A DNA stretch of 64,000 nt from Camelus dromedarius (taxonomy: Eukaryota), in assembly GCF_036321535.1 (NCBI RefSeq), contig NC_087437.1, forward strand, positions 46,130,001 to 46,194,000, written 5' to 3'. A program made the translations under genes and the position numbers. Of this stretch, positions 1-12,950 are shown one piece after another (position 1 is the stretch's first letter; every line of letters starts with the position of its first letter). Under the pieces are notes generated by a model. It had not been told where the DNA came from. It did not search any database and saw only the letters and a list, made by a program, of their open reading frames with translations.

Positions 1-255
1 TGTGACCATGTTGTGACTTAACTTTCCTGGCCGACCCTTGCTCCATTCTCTTTCTTTTCTTATAAACCTTTTGAACCCGAGAATCTCCAGGAGGCCAGAG
101 CTACAGGGTGGAAGGAGCCTAGGCCCCTGAATGACTGTGAAGAGCAGAGTCTACCACTAGTCTACAGTAGACTCTGACATGAGCAGGAAATACATTTTTA
201 TTGTATTTTTTGAGTTTGGGTGTTCCTTTGTTTCAGCAGCTAGTATTATATTAAA
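1..255 (+). mobile_element. MaLR (MLT1-type) LTR, 3' part
   Basis: Contains GGAAGGAGCCTAGGCCCCTGAATGACTGTG..AGCAGAG and an A/T-rich end followed by TTTGTTTCAGCAGCTAG, typical of old MLT1 LTRs. Confidence 0.6.
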
Positions 256-424
256 TAGTATAATCTCTAAACCTTTCAAATTGTAGGTCACATTGATGAG
301 GCAAATATCTTAAATAGCTACATAATCCAGTCACTCCTCTTTACATTGAAAAAACAACCACCCAAATGACTATTTTTTCAAGGCCTTGTCATTTGACTTC
401 CATTTGTCTCTGGGAAACTGATTA

Positions 425-630
425 GTTACTAGAGTCAGACTGCCTGGGCTTGAGCCTTAACTTTGACATCTGTGTGCCCTGGACAAGTTACCTTACTTAC
501 TTCTCTAAGCCTCAGATCCCCACCTGTAAAATGGGGGTAATAATCAGACCTGCTCTCCGAGTTGTAGAGGGCAGAAAGTGCTCAGCGGGGACTTGGCATC
601 TAGCAAACACATGATGAATGTCAGCTGGTG
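425..630 (+). mobile_element. MIR SINE
   Basis: MIR core: GAGTCAGACTGCCTGGG..GACAAGTTAC..CTCTAAGCCTCAG..CTGTAAAATGGGGGTAATAAT. Confidence 0.85.
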
Positions 631-3600
631 ATGTTGCTGTGCTTTAGAAATGTGTGCTCACTGGTTGGCTTCCATGAGGAAGGCCCAAGACAGGAGAAGC
701 TGAGTCTGTGCAAAGCTGGCCAAGTTTCTAGCAGAAAAGCAGCTCAGAGTACCCAGGCTCTCCTCCTCCCCACCTCTCTTCTTTCCCGTCCCCAGCCCCT
801 GCTTTGTCAAGCCAAGCAATAGACTCTGAACCAGGCTGCCACCATCTGAAGCCTGCACAATCCATCTGAAATCTTGGAACACCTGTCATGTGCTCCTTCT
901 GGAAAAAGAGGATGAAATAACAACAATAATTCTTGATAATCAGTACAGGATTTAAAGTGTAGATTCCTTTTTTTCCCCCCACTCAGAAAGTCTGCAATGA
1001 TTCTATCAGATAATTTTTGATATTGGAAAAGTCTTTTTTGTTTGTTTTTGATTTTTTTTGAGGGCAGGAGTAATTAGGTTTATTTATTGATGTTGGAAAA
1101 GTTTTAAAATATTCTATGATAAAGCATGAAAAGATCATTTCACAAAGACAGATATTTTTGTACCAGAACGGGACATAACTCAATTTCTGCACTAGGTAAA
1201 TCTTTCTTGAGATAGTGTCTTTTTTCCTTGCCCTTGACTGGAAATACAAACATAGCTAGTCTTGGCTAATAATAACATCTCGATGTGTACAGACCTGGCC
1301 TTCCTCAACAGCTTGCTGAGTTATTTGTGTCAGAAAGGATTTTATCTTAAGTACATTTCTTCTATCACATGATGCACCACTGAATTTCCCATCACACAAA
1401 CATTCTAATCTCATTTACAGTCACAGAGGTTGAAAATAGATAATTAATCAGCATTTAAGTGCCTTACAATCTGTAAAGTAAACCAGATATGGCTAGACTG
1501 GAAGCCATGTGGAGCATTGCAGGGGCTCCGGATGGGGTGGGGTGGGGGTGATGGGGAGTCAGCTGTTAATGAGTCCTCTGACTTTCTGTGGATCCTTGAT
1601 TTCTCTGTCCCCCAGAGAAATTGAGTTTGTTTCTCCCAGTGTCTCTCCAATCCTCATGCAGTTGGTTGAGCATCATAGTTGTATTTCAGCTTAATTTACA
1701 ATATTGTCTTTATTCATGATTCAAGACAGACCAGGGCCACGTATAGGATTGCGGCAGCTTTTTCTGAACCTAGGAAATATGTGCTGGGAGGCCTGCCAGG
1801 GTCCTTGTTCTTAATCCTCTTTCATTGTACCAAACACTCCAGAGTGACAAGTTACACAGGAGTTGGGCTGGACTACTTTCCTCCTGTTCCTTCCTCCCTT
1901 CTTCCCTCTCTCTTGCTCTTGCTCGCTCACTTACTCTTGATCTCTCTCTCTTTCTTCACGCCTTCATTCATTTTTACGTTTAATTCCCGTAGCACTAAAT
2001 GAAACTTCTTTTCTGAGAATACCTATTAGACAAGCAGCAAACTGACCAAGCAACTAAACACAACTTTAAGACTTGACTTTGTCTGAGCTTTCTCACTAGT
2101 TCTTTAAATCTATTTAGAATCCATTTAGTTCATCTGACTGGTTGACAGTTGACTCATTAAAAGTTATTCTTTGTCATAGGATTCCCCTTTATTCATCAAG
2201 CAATCTGTGAGTGTAATTGGAAACAAAGAGGCACTTGGGAGTGAATTTAGAGAACCTGAGGTATTTTACATTTGCAGGATGCTGACAAACAGAAAAATGC
2301 AAACTGAAGAAGAATGGGGTGATTTAGAAAGTTGAAGTTCTTTGACTCGAAGATGAGGCTTTATCAAGGAAAGTGGAAGAGCGGAGTTGTGTTTCCTGTT
2401 TGAGAACTGGCTGAACCTACGTGCCATCTGAGAAAGTGTTTCATAACAGGAGGAACACTGTTGTGCAGGCGAGATCCAGCCTGACCCTACAGTACGTGAT
2501 ACCCCCGACTTAAACCGATGTCTACACAAACCTCAGCTGTAACTTGGCTCCCAGCCTGTTTGATTCCTGTAGTGGTGCTCAGTGTGATATGCCATTGTTA
2601 ACTGTATTATTTTGGAGAACAGGAAGTGAGCTGATGGCCCAGTGCTAACTAAAGCTGCACTCCTGCATTCAGGCCCATGGACAGTGGGAAGTGCTTGTGT
2701 GCAGGGGTCTGAATGTGCCTGTCCTCTAGGTGTTGGTACTGCTGCTGTCACTGCTGTTGTCCTTTCTGTTTAGCCATCAATGGTGGCAGAGGTCATTGGA
2801 TAGGCCTTGGCCAGCTCTCTAGGGCTGCTGCTTTGCCCAGTGACCGTATCTTTCCTGTTAGCATGCTGATCATACTTGGAAATTATGAGTCAGTGAAATG
2901 TAGCCTTGAGCAGTGGGGATGGGTAGATTACCAGGCAAAGTGCAGCCAAAACTTCCTGTTCCAACTCAGGGTCATTATCTTTGGGGGAAGATAGGGACTC
3001 ACTCTGGCAACAGAAATACCCACATTCACCTGGCATTTGCTGTGTACAGAAGGGATTTAGGGAGAGTACAGGGGCACAAATAAGAAAGGAAACAATCAAA
3101 GCTTCTTTTGCAGACATCAGGGTGGAGCTTTGAGAGCCTGTTAGAATATCGCTATTATTGACACCTTCCACTTGCTGTTAGTTGGGGAGAGTCATTGACT
3201 ATTCACATTTGTCTGCCCTCATTCAACTCCTAGCAACTGCAGTTACAGTCCTTTTTAAAATAATAGACTGAGATTGGTAACATTACTGATTTAACAGGAA
3301 ATTAGAAGACTTACATTCACAGAGCTTAGGTAATTGACACCAACAGCACTTTTCTTGTAATTTATGCACTCTGATTGATTTCATTCTCCAGCTAGTCCTA
3401 AAAGAATCTCTGAAGCATATTCAGCCATCAGATTACTGTGCAAAGGAATTAAATGAGTATTACCCTGCTCGCTATCTATTCCAGAGCTGGCAAAAAGTTT
3501 CCAAGTCATTTGGAGCTCAGGAGTCAGTCTAAAATTATAATGCTAATATAAAAGAGGTCAGCCTCAGAGCATTTCTTTGTGACAGCTGTGAATTTATATG

Positions 3601-4179
3601 AGGAAATCTTACTGATAACCAGGGCAGAATTACAAAGGGGTCATTTATTTGTGCTTTTAAGAGTATTTTGTAATAAACTTATGTAAATATGCATTCCCTG
3701 GAATATCCTAAAAAAACATTTGCTTACCTCTAATAGTGCTGTTATAAATGACCCATTTCCAGATGTTCATTCAGGGTGGTGTTTACATCGTAATAGACGA
3801 CTGTGCTTTATCCTACCCCCTGCATATAATTAACAATGCTGAGTCCAGGACGTTTGATAAATGAGGAAGAAACACTAAATCCATGTGTTCTGCCCTAGAA
3901 ATCTCATGAAACAATGGCAAAGAAAGGCAATAGAGTTACAGTGTTCAAATAAATCATTATTATTATTTTTGGCTAGTTATTTTGCAGAGTGGGCATGTCT
4001 GGGATCTACCTGCCTATTTCTCTAGATTCGTACAGCATCGTATTCCCTCATACTTTTATTCAGTCACGTGGAACGGTCCAGAATCCTTCATGCTCATCAC
4101 CTGTTTTCTGCACCTGGGCTGCTGCGCTGGCTCTTCTCCCTGGCCTGTCCTCCTCCTGCTTCTCTGCCTCATAATGACG

Positions 4180-4450
4180 CTCGTCCTTCAAAACTCATTT
4201 CAAAGGTCACTGCCTCCAAAATCTCTCTGTAATTCCACAGTCTCTTTCAAGTCTTCCTCCTCTGTGTTCCCTTGGCAGTCTGTGATAAGCCCATCCTAAC
4301 CTTTGTCACACAGCATTATTAATGTGATTAATGCGTTTATCACTCCATCAGACTGTAAGTTCCTTGAGGGCAGAGATCACGAGTTAATTACCCATGAATT
4401 GCAGCAGCCATAATAATACTTGACACAGAATGGTGGTTGATAAATGCGTC
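4180..4450 (+). mobile_element. L2 LINE 3' end
   Basis: AGACTGTAAGTTCCTTGAGGGCAGAGA..TGACACAGAA..GATAAATG, matching the L2 3' terminus. Confidence 0.75.
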
Positions 4451-5169
4451 CCATATGATTTGTGAGTGTAGAATGCAGCTCTTTGAAAAGCCAGGTTTAT
4501 GTGCTTCTACAAGTTTTGAGTTAAACCTAAAATTCAGTCCTAAACATTTTTGTCACACACACGCATGCACCCAAGTGATTACAGATAAGCCTGCAGTTTC
4601 ATTAGTGACCATATCTACACTGTCAAACTGGTTAAAATTCTCTAAGAAATTTTACCTCAGTGTGCTCAGTGCATCCCAGGTAAAATCTTAGTCACAGAGT
4701 TCTTGGATTTCCAAAAGTACAGAGACCCTAGAAATACCCTAGGCTCAAGAGTTTTCATTATAAAGACCAGGCAACAAGGTGGCCTGGAGGTCTAGCAATG
4801 TCTGAAGTTTGGAATGAGCACCCTCAATACCACTGGCACAAGGATAGGCTCAATTTCAGTCACCCATTCTCATTCTCATCCCTTGCTGCCTGTTGAGGCT
4901 AGAAAGCTAACAACTACATTTCTCAGAGTCCCTTGCAGCTAGGGTTCCACCAATCAGATAAACTCAGACTTGACTTTAGAGGTGAGAGATGCAGGTTTGT
5001 GGTGGAGGTGACCTGGTTCTGGAGCCAGTGGCTGAGCTCTAGCCTCCTGATCTGGCAGGACATCTCCTGGTTCAGCAGCTTCTGCACCAATGAAAACAGA
5101 CTTCCTCCCGTGTGGCAGAGGCAGTTGGTTCTAGGGTCTGGGAGTTGTGCTGGAGACATCAGCCTAGAG

Positions 5170-5474
5170 CAGTGTTTTCCACACCATAGGTAATAAAATC
5201 TATAGCATTATAGATTTTAGCATTAAAAAAGGCTAGCATTTTAAAAGGGAAGGAGAAAGAAGGAAGAAAGAAAGAAAAGAAAATAGAATAAAAGAAAATG
5301 GAATAGAAAAAAAATATCCGAGTACATTCTCCCTAGTCAAAGTTTATTTGTTTTATGTAACTAGTATTTCAGTTTCCTATGTGTGTGCATGCATTTACGT
5401 ATGTGTATTCTGAGTCACAATGTAAAATATATTTCTAGCTATAAGTTTTAGGCACCAAAGTTCAAGAACATCTG
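5170..5474. mobile_element. hAT-Charlie-type non-autonomous DNA transposon, inserted into a probable old MLT1 LTR (about 4830-5580)
   Basis: Starts CAGTG and ends CATCTG; flanked by a perfect 8-bp target-site duplication GCCTAGAG (5162-5169 and 5475-5482), the hAT signature. Confidence 0.8.
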
Positions 5475-6740
5475 GCCTAGAGCCTTACCTCCAGCATTTT
5501 CAATAGTCTTCTTAATCCTTTCCTTTTAAAACTACCCAGAGGGGTCTTTTTTATTGATGGAACATCTGTTCTGCTGGCCATCAGACAGCATAAAGGTATA
5601 TAGATTTTCTTTTCTTTTTTTTAAAACTTTTTATTTGCAGACAGAGATATATGGTATATATTTCAACTGACAGCTTTTTCCTATGTGTTTTTAGGGGTGC
5701 CCCAAAAGCTTCTTTAATAAGGACAAGATGAAAGTGTAAGATATGTGTGTATGTTTGGGGGTTCTGACTTTTTCTAGTTTCACAGAATGTTCTGGGGACC
5801 ACAGGGGGAAATTTGTGCTTGAGCCTTCCTAACAAACTCCCTGAGAAGTCTTCCTTCCTCTCCGGACCCTCCGTGGTGAGAGGGATCTGGGGCTCAGCCT
5901 GAGGAGACGAATAGGTACCCATATGCTTCTAGGACCCTGGGTGTCCCTGTACACAACCCAGAAGGGGATATGCCCAGAAATGGCCTGGACTGACCCAGGG
6001 TAACCATCAGGGTAGTAATAGGTGTTGGGTGAAGTGGCTGTGCTAAATATTTTTAATATGATAAAGAAGCAGAATAAAGATATGTCAGCCATCTGTGGAA
6101 AAGTAAAATCCTGTGAAGATCAAGACAGGAGCAGGTTTAAACCCTCTTATTTGCTGCTCTGGGTAAAAAGTCATCTGACAACCCAGGGTCAAAAAATTAG
6201 GTACCCCAACTATTCTTCTGATTCTTCTTCATTAACTAAATGCTTCCTTTAGGCAAGTCCTCTGCTCAGATGCCATCCTGACCAGGGAGCCTGGCTGTCC
6301 CCATGAGGGGAACAGGATCGCTGGTAGACAGAGGTAGAAGAGAGACTTTTCTCTCTGTCCTTTCACGCTGTTTGTATTTAATACCATTTACAAATAATAC
6401 CTATTTAAAATCAAATTAAATAGCCCCAACACTTACTCCCAATCCATATTTTCAGTTGATGACCTTGTCTTTAACTTCAGGGAGAAAACTGAACAATCAA
6501 AAGACTTTCCTCAGATTCCCATAGTCAACCAGTGCCTACAGTGGTGCCTAAAACGTGGTAGCCGATGACCAAAGGCTTTCTGCAGCTTCCCAGGGTTCTG
6601 CCCAAAGCCTGTCTTGGAAGTCTTCCCCGAGTAGTCTCCACATGCTCTCCTGAGCACATGCTGTCCATCTCTACGGCTGGATGGCTGGATGGAGGCACCC
6701 TCCCCTATCCAGCTGTCTGCATCCTAACTGCATTCTTTTT

Positions 6741-6822
6741 CTTTTTAATGGAGGCACTGGGGATTGAACCCAGGGCCTCGTGCATGCTAAGCGCTTGCTC
6801 TACCACTGAGTTGTTCCCTCCC
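6741..6822 (-). mobile_element. tRNA-derived SINE (camelid vic-1 type)
   Basis: Reverse complement GGGAGGGAACAACTCAGTGGTAGAGCAAGCGCTTAGCATGCACGAGGCCCTGGGTTCAATCCCCAGTGCC has A/B-box-like motifs and an A-rich tail. Confidence 0.85.
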
Positions 6823-8309
6823 TGCAGCCCACATTCTTCAATACAGCTTCTTTCTCACCTCTCCATTAAGCCTTTTCTACTCTATCCTTTCTGACTCCTC
6901 AGTCATTTCTTCCCCTCTTACCACCTAGATCTTATTTAGGACTGGTAATGACCTCAGTCAAATAAATGGGGGTTGGAATTTTGCTTCATAGCAGGATGCA
7001 GTTCAACTCTCACACAGTGCCCTACACGCAACAGACACTCAATAAGCACCTTTTCACTGACTGAGGACATCTTTATAAATTCATGTAAAATTCAGCGACT
7101 GGAAATACGAGGGAGAAGTTGGGCCTAAGTTCCCCCTCCTCCAGCCACCCTCATGGAAATCTGAATTTCTTAAGTGAAATTGAAGAGAGCCTCAGGCTCA
7201 CTCTTCTAATTTCTGCCAAGTGTTAATTATGTGTGGAGTCTAAGGGGACCTCCACGCATGGATTATGTGGGATATCAGTAAGGTACATTTACAATGACGG
7301 CTGTGCAGCAGGAAGACATTTCTTCCCCAACTGTCAAAGTCCTACAGTTCTCTAAGTTGCTTTGGGGGGAGACATCTTTTCTCTCATATGTTTCATTTGT
7401 GCTTATTGAAAAAGGGGAGAATATTTCCAAGAAAAACACTTGATCTAATTAGCTCCTTGCATATCAGGATTCAAAAAAGTACTGGAAAATTCGTAATCAT
7501 TTTCTCTGAACTACGACTGCTCAGATAGTCTAGCTTCTGACATCATTATCTAGATCTTCACCTAGCAAAAACCAACCACTGAGTGTGTAAGATTATCTCA
7601 TTCCAAAATATTCCTAAAAATATTGATTATTTACAAACAAAACAAAGCAAAACCTAACATGGAGTGACCATGAAGCAAGAGGACAAACCAGACGATTGTC
7701 CTGTGTAGTCACTTGGGAGACTACTTTCTCCAATGCAAATGTTTATTCCAACTTTGCTGTCATTGCTCAAAAAATGACACCGGTTTGCCTTTGAAGCCAC
7801 TTTTCTAGTGATATAAGGAAACTCACTCATCCTTTTATAGTCAGACCTCATTTTTTAACTCTTAATCGGAATTATATTAGCTTGATCATGTACCTCATTC
7901 AACAGATTTGACACCAGATGATTTGGGCTGTTTCCCCCAAATCAAACAAAACAATGTTAGTTCTAACATTAAAATTACATCGGAAAAGCAAGTGATAACA
8001 GGCCCTGGAGGCAATTTCAAAAGAAGAGCAACAGAAGACCTTTGAGTCATGGGATGAGTGAATTATTGCCTGGTTTAGCTTTTTTGATTGGTACAACACT
8101 CATTTTGATATGCCAGAGTTCATATATTTCTTTAAAATCAGACTTCTCGCCTTATATTCATATCTGATATTTGAAAACTCACTTTGAACTGAGAATATGG
8201 TCTTAGTGGATGAAGACTCTGGGCAATTTCCTAAAATTTTGGGGAGAAATTACATGCTACCAAGTTGAGAGAAAGATGAGTAGCAGGGAAAACATCATTA
8301 AAAATGCCA

Positions 8310-8500
8310 GATGGTGGGAAGTATTGGTACCATATAGACCTAGATTCAACCCTTGCTTTACTGGAACATGTTTGCTGCTCTGGGCTTGTTATTTAACCTT
8401 ACTAAGATTCTGTTTCCTGGTCTATATGACAGTGATCTATTAAATGGGCACTTATATAAATCATTTGGTACAGAGCCTGGCAAATATTCGATTATTAGGC
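8310..8500 (+). mobile_element. MIR SINE (degraded)
   Basis: AGACCTAGATTCAACCC..TTATTTAACCTT..TCTGTTTCCT..ACAGAGCCTGGCA. Confidence 0.6.
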
Positions 8501-8670
8501 CCTCAAAAATTGTTTTCCTTCATTTATTTGGAGAATGAAGTATAATTTAGTAGAAAGAAGATACTCTAGGACTTACTAGTCCCAAGTCAGCTTATCAGCT
8601 TATCAACCTTGACCAAAGTTCTGGGGGAGCTTTTTTCATATTACCTTTGTAAAATTATGATATTATCGAC

Positions 8671-9080
8671 TGTGCTGGTTAATTTTATGTGTTAACTTGG
8701 CTGGGTCATGGTGCCCAGGTATTTGATCAAATATTATTCTGGCTATTTCTATGAGGGTGTATTTAGATGAATTGACATTTAAATTGGTGGACTCTGAGTA
8801 AAGCAGACTGCACCCCCCATGAATGGAGGTAGGCCTCATCCTATCAGTTGAAGCCCTGAGTGGGAAAAAAGATAGACTTCCCCTAAGCGAGAAGAATTCT
8901 GCTAGCAAATGACCTTTGGACTTGAACAGCAAGCCCTGTCTCCAGGCTTACAGCCCACCCTGTAGATTTTGGACTTGCCAGCCTTTACAATTGCATGAGC
9001 CAGTTCGCTGAATGAAATCTCTCTCTTCATATCCACATATCCTATTGGTTCTGTTCCTTTGGAGAACTCTGACTTATACG
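8671..9080 (+). mobile_element. ERVL solo LTR, MLT2 family (MLT2D-like)
   Basis: Starts TGTGCTGGTTAATTTTATGTGTTAACTTGGCTGGG and ends CCTATTGGTTCTGTTCCTTTGGAGAACTCTGACTTATAC, typical MLT2 termini. Confidence 0.85.
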
Positions 9081-10479
9081 TCTACCTCAAAGTTTTTTTT
9101 TTTTTTTTTGCCATAGGGAAGAATAAAGGAAGTCATGTGAGGAACCCTGCCTACCGTAGGTTTGGATCATGGCATATGCTTAGGAAGCACTACTCTTCTT
9201 TCCTTTTCTTCCTTCCTTTTGCTTGTTAACCCTTAGTTTTCTCATCTGGAAAATGAAGAAGTTAGACTCTAGATAATTTCTAAAGCTGCTTCCAGCTGTG
9301 AAAGTGTGTGTATCTATATGAAACTCCTTGCCTGGGCCATAACATTCAAATATAGTCTTGGCCAAATTGGGTTTCAGCCAAGGGAGAAAGGCACGTGGGG
9401 TGTACAAAGACTACTTACGGTTTTTACAAACCCTTTCAGGGGTGTGCAAAGAGTTTGGGGGACTCATGGGGAACTCCTGGTAGCCCTATAAATATGCTTA
9501 CAAGCCTGAATGCTTTTCTCGGTGGTTGGGGGAAGCTAAGTGTGATCTCTTACTCTGGGCAGAAGTAACTGGGGAAAGTACCTACTTTACCTGTAGTGCC
9601 TTCATGTGTATCTCTGTGCACATACTCAAGGGATTAAACTGCAGAGAGGAGAGTCATTTGATGGTTTCTAAAGAACCTATGGGATCAGGTTGAACAACAG
9701 CACTAACCTGCAATCTTTGAACATTTCAGGTCCAATATGGTATTCATTAGAAGGAGAAAAGGAGTGCCCCAGATTGTGTTTTAACTATGCTCTTAGCAAT
9801 TCACCAGAAAAGTTCCCTAGTGAATTTCAGGACATCAGTGTTATTGCCTCTCTTAACCAGTGAAGTGGCTAGATACTTAAACATACTGGCTAGAGTACTT
9901 TGGGTCTTTGAGTCTTTAGATGAAATAGTTGGAAGAATCCTTTGTAGGCTCTATGGTGCTATGTAAGGGTAAGTGATTATTATTCTTACAATACATACTC
10001 CAAGTGGTACTGTAGTTTGAGGCTCAGGTGAAAGAAGTCTGGCTAAGAGCGCCTCCTTCCCAGCATTTGAGTTCCATGTATTCTTTCTGGCACACGTGGG
10101 GAGCCCTTGTCAGCCAGGCCAATGAGCAAAGTTAGCAACTGCTCACACAGCTTGAATTCAGAGGTTCAGACAAGGCTTCTTGCTCATCAGTCCAACTGCC
10201 CACAGCCTGCCACCTGGGCTCTGGGCCACCGTGCTCTACCATACTGTACTTCACGATGTGTCCAGAGCCACTGTAAGTACATTCACTGTCATGAGAGCTT
10301 AAAAGGTTCATTGCTACTCCATTGCGTGTAAGATAAAATCCAGACAACTTTGCATAGCATCTGAGGCCTTTGAAAAATGTGGCTTCTACTTATTTCTTCA
10401 GTTCTATCACTGCTGTGATTATCTCCCAGTCTTCTACAGCACAATTCTAGGCTCCAGTCTATAAACTTTCGTTCTTAAA

Positions 10480-11620
10480 TTCCGTATTTATTCATCAAAT
10501 ATTTAATGTATGCCTACTAATGAGTGTCAGGTACTGTTCTCAGTGCTGGGGATAGATCAGTAAATAAAACAGAGCCTACATTATAGGGGGAGACAGATGA
10601 TAAACATTATGTAGCAAGTTAGAAAGTGATGAAAACTATGGGAAAACTAGAGCAAGACAAGGAGCTTTAGTTGTGCTGGGAACGGGAATGGTGGCTGCAT
10701 TTTATATGGATTGATGGGGTAAGCCTCCCTGAGAGAGTAAGGGGGTGTTTCAGTTATGAGCATGATTGTAACAATAACTGACTGATACAGGAGCAAGCCA
10801 TGCAAATATCTTGGAAACTAGCCTTCCAGGCAGAGGCAGTGGCTCTCTCAAAGTCCTAACATAGAGAATGGCTACTGTGTTGGAGAAACAGTGGAGAGGC
10901 TGGTGTTCTGGAATGCAGTGAGAAAGCAAGAGAGTAGAAGGAAATTGGGAGGGGTGGGGTGGTGGGACCAGATAGAGTAGGGTCTTAAATGCCACTGTAA
11001 GGACTTGCACTTCGACTCTGAGTGAAACAGAAAGCCATGGGAGGGTGTGTGCAGGAGAGTGACATGATCTGACATATTTTCAAAGGACCCCTCTGGCTGC
11101 TGTGCTGTGAACAGATTGAAGCGCAGGAGTGGGGAGACCAGCTGGGAAGCTGTTGCAATAATCAGGTGAGAGAGGATTATGGTTTAGACCAAGGTAGCAG
11201 CAGTGGTTGTGGTAAGAGGGAATCAGATTAGGGATCGAATTTAAAAGTGGAACCTACAGGATTTGGATTTGGAGTGCTTCAACATTCAGGGGACAGAAGA
11301 TGGGTAGAGTGGAGGAATCAGCAAGAAGATTGGGATGGTGCAGTCAGTAAGCGAGGAGAAAAAACAGTAGAGGGTAGTGTCTCAGATGCCAAGTGAAGAA
11401 AGTATTTCTAGAAAGAACCAGTGATCACTTATGTCAGATGCTGCTGGTAAGTTCTGAAAGATGAGCCTGAAAACTGACAGCTGACTTCGGCAATAGGGAG
11501 ATCATTGGTAGCCTTTAGAAGAGCCGTTGTGGTGAAGTGGTTTGGGGCAGAAGTCTGGTGATAAGTAGGAGAGAATGGGAGAAGAGGAATTGAAGACAGT
11601 GAGTCAGCTTGACCCTGGAG
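10480..11620 (-). mobile_element. L2 LINE (L2a-like), long fragment
   Basis: TATTCATCAAATATTTAATGTATGCCTACT..GGTACTGTTCTCAGTGCTGGGGATA followed by a purine-rich antisense L2 body. Confidence 0.85.
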
Positions 11621-11809
11621 CATTGTTTAGCAATACAGGGAGCACAGTAATAAGGAATAGCTGGAGAGAGAGTTCTACGAACACACTGGGGAATCACATG
11701 CCTTCCTGCCTTTCTGAGACACCCTTCCTCTGGAGTCTACCTGAAGAATTTCCACTTTTCCTTGAAGAGCTAATTTGACTATGTCTCTACTGAGCTTTGT
11801 CCACTGCCT

Positions 11810-12950
11810 TCACTCATTCACCAAAGCGGACTTACTGTGTGCCTGTTATGAAATATGCACTGGTCGATGAACTCATCAACGAATAATGAATATGCCTAAT
11901 AAGGACTCTGCCTCCCTAGAGACTATATTCCAATGGGGAGAGAGAGAAAACACAAGCAAACAAAACTGTAAAGTAATTGATCATCACTGATTATGGTAAG
12001 TGTTGTGCAGACCACACACTGGATGATGTGAGAGAAAGTGAGATCTGGTGGTCATGGAGGCCTCTCTAGGGAGGTGACCACTACCCTGAAACCTGAAGGA
12101 TCGTATTTGGAGGTAGGGCCTTTGGGAGGTGATTAGGTCAGGAGCATGGAGGCTTTAGGAACGGTATTAGTGCCCTTATCAGAAGAGACATGGAGAGACG
12201 ATCTCTTTCTCCACCAGGTGAGGACGCAGCAACAAGACTTTTATCTGCAAACCAGGAAGTGGGCCCTCACCAGACACCGGACCTGCTGGCCCCTAGAACT
12301 GGGGCTTGCCAGCCCCTAGAACTGTGAGAAATAAACTTCTGGTGTGTAAGCCACCCAGTCTACGGTATGTTTGTTATAGCAAGCAGAATGGACTAAGACA
12401 GATACAGAGGAGCCAGTCCCAGGAAGGGCCAGAAGAGCCTTCCTGGCAGAGGGCATTAACTCCAAGAGGAGAGGCCTAGGGTAGGGAGGAGTGGGGTGGT
12501 AGAAGAAGAGGTCTTGTATGGCTGGAGTCGTGTGAGTTGGGGCTGGTGGTGTGAAAGGGTAAAAGGACCAGGTTATGGAGGGCCTAGGAGGCCTGGGCTC
12601 GGGGTGAGTGAGAGAGATGAAGGGCTTTGTTGAGCTGTGGCAGCAGAGATGCGGAGAAGCACCTGGGTGGAGTTAGCTTTTGGAGGTAAACCAGCTGATG
12701 GATTGGATGTGGTGAATGGAGAAAAGAATGGCTTTGGTGTGAGCACCTGGTAGATGTGGTACCCTTATCTAGAAGAGAAAGTCACCCAGAAGAGGGAGCG
12801 GGTGGGTGATGATACGGATGTGGGGAGAGCTGGCTGGAAAACAAGAGAGTGGCATCCAGGAAGGCTGGAAAGTGTTTCAAGAAGTTGGAAACAGTTAGGC
12901 GGGGAAAGTGCTGCTGGGAGACGGGGTGGGGACTGAGGAATCATTACTTG
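11810..12950 (-). mobile_element. second L2 fragment, interrupted by an MLT1A LTR
   Basis: TCACTCATTCACCAAAG..TTACTGTGTGCCTGTTATG (L2 3' end in reverse); L2-like sequence resumes after 12400. Confidence 0.65.
12100..12400 (+). mobile_element. MaLR LTR (MLT1A-like)
   Basis: GTATTTGGAGGTAGGGCCTTTGGGAGGTGATTAGG..AGAACTGTGAGAAATAAAC..AAGCCACCCAGTCTACGG..GACTAAGACA. Confidence 0.85.
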
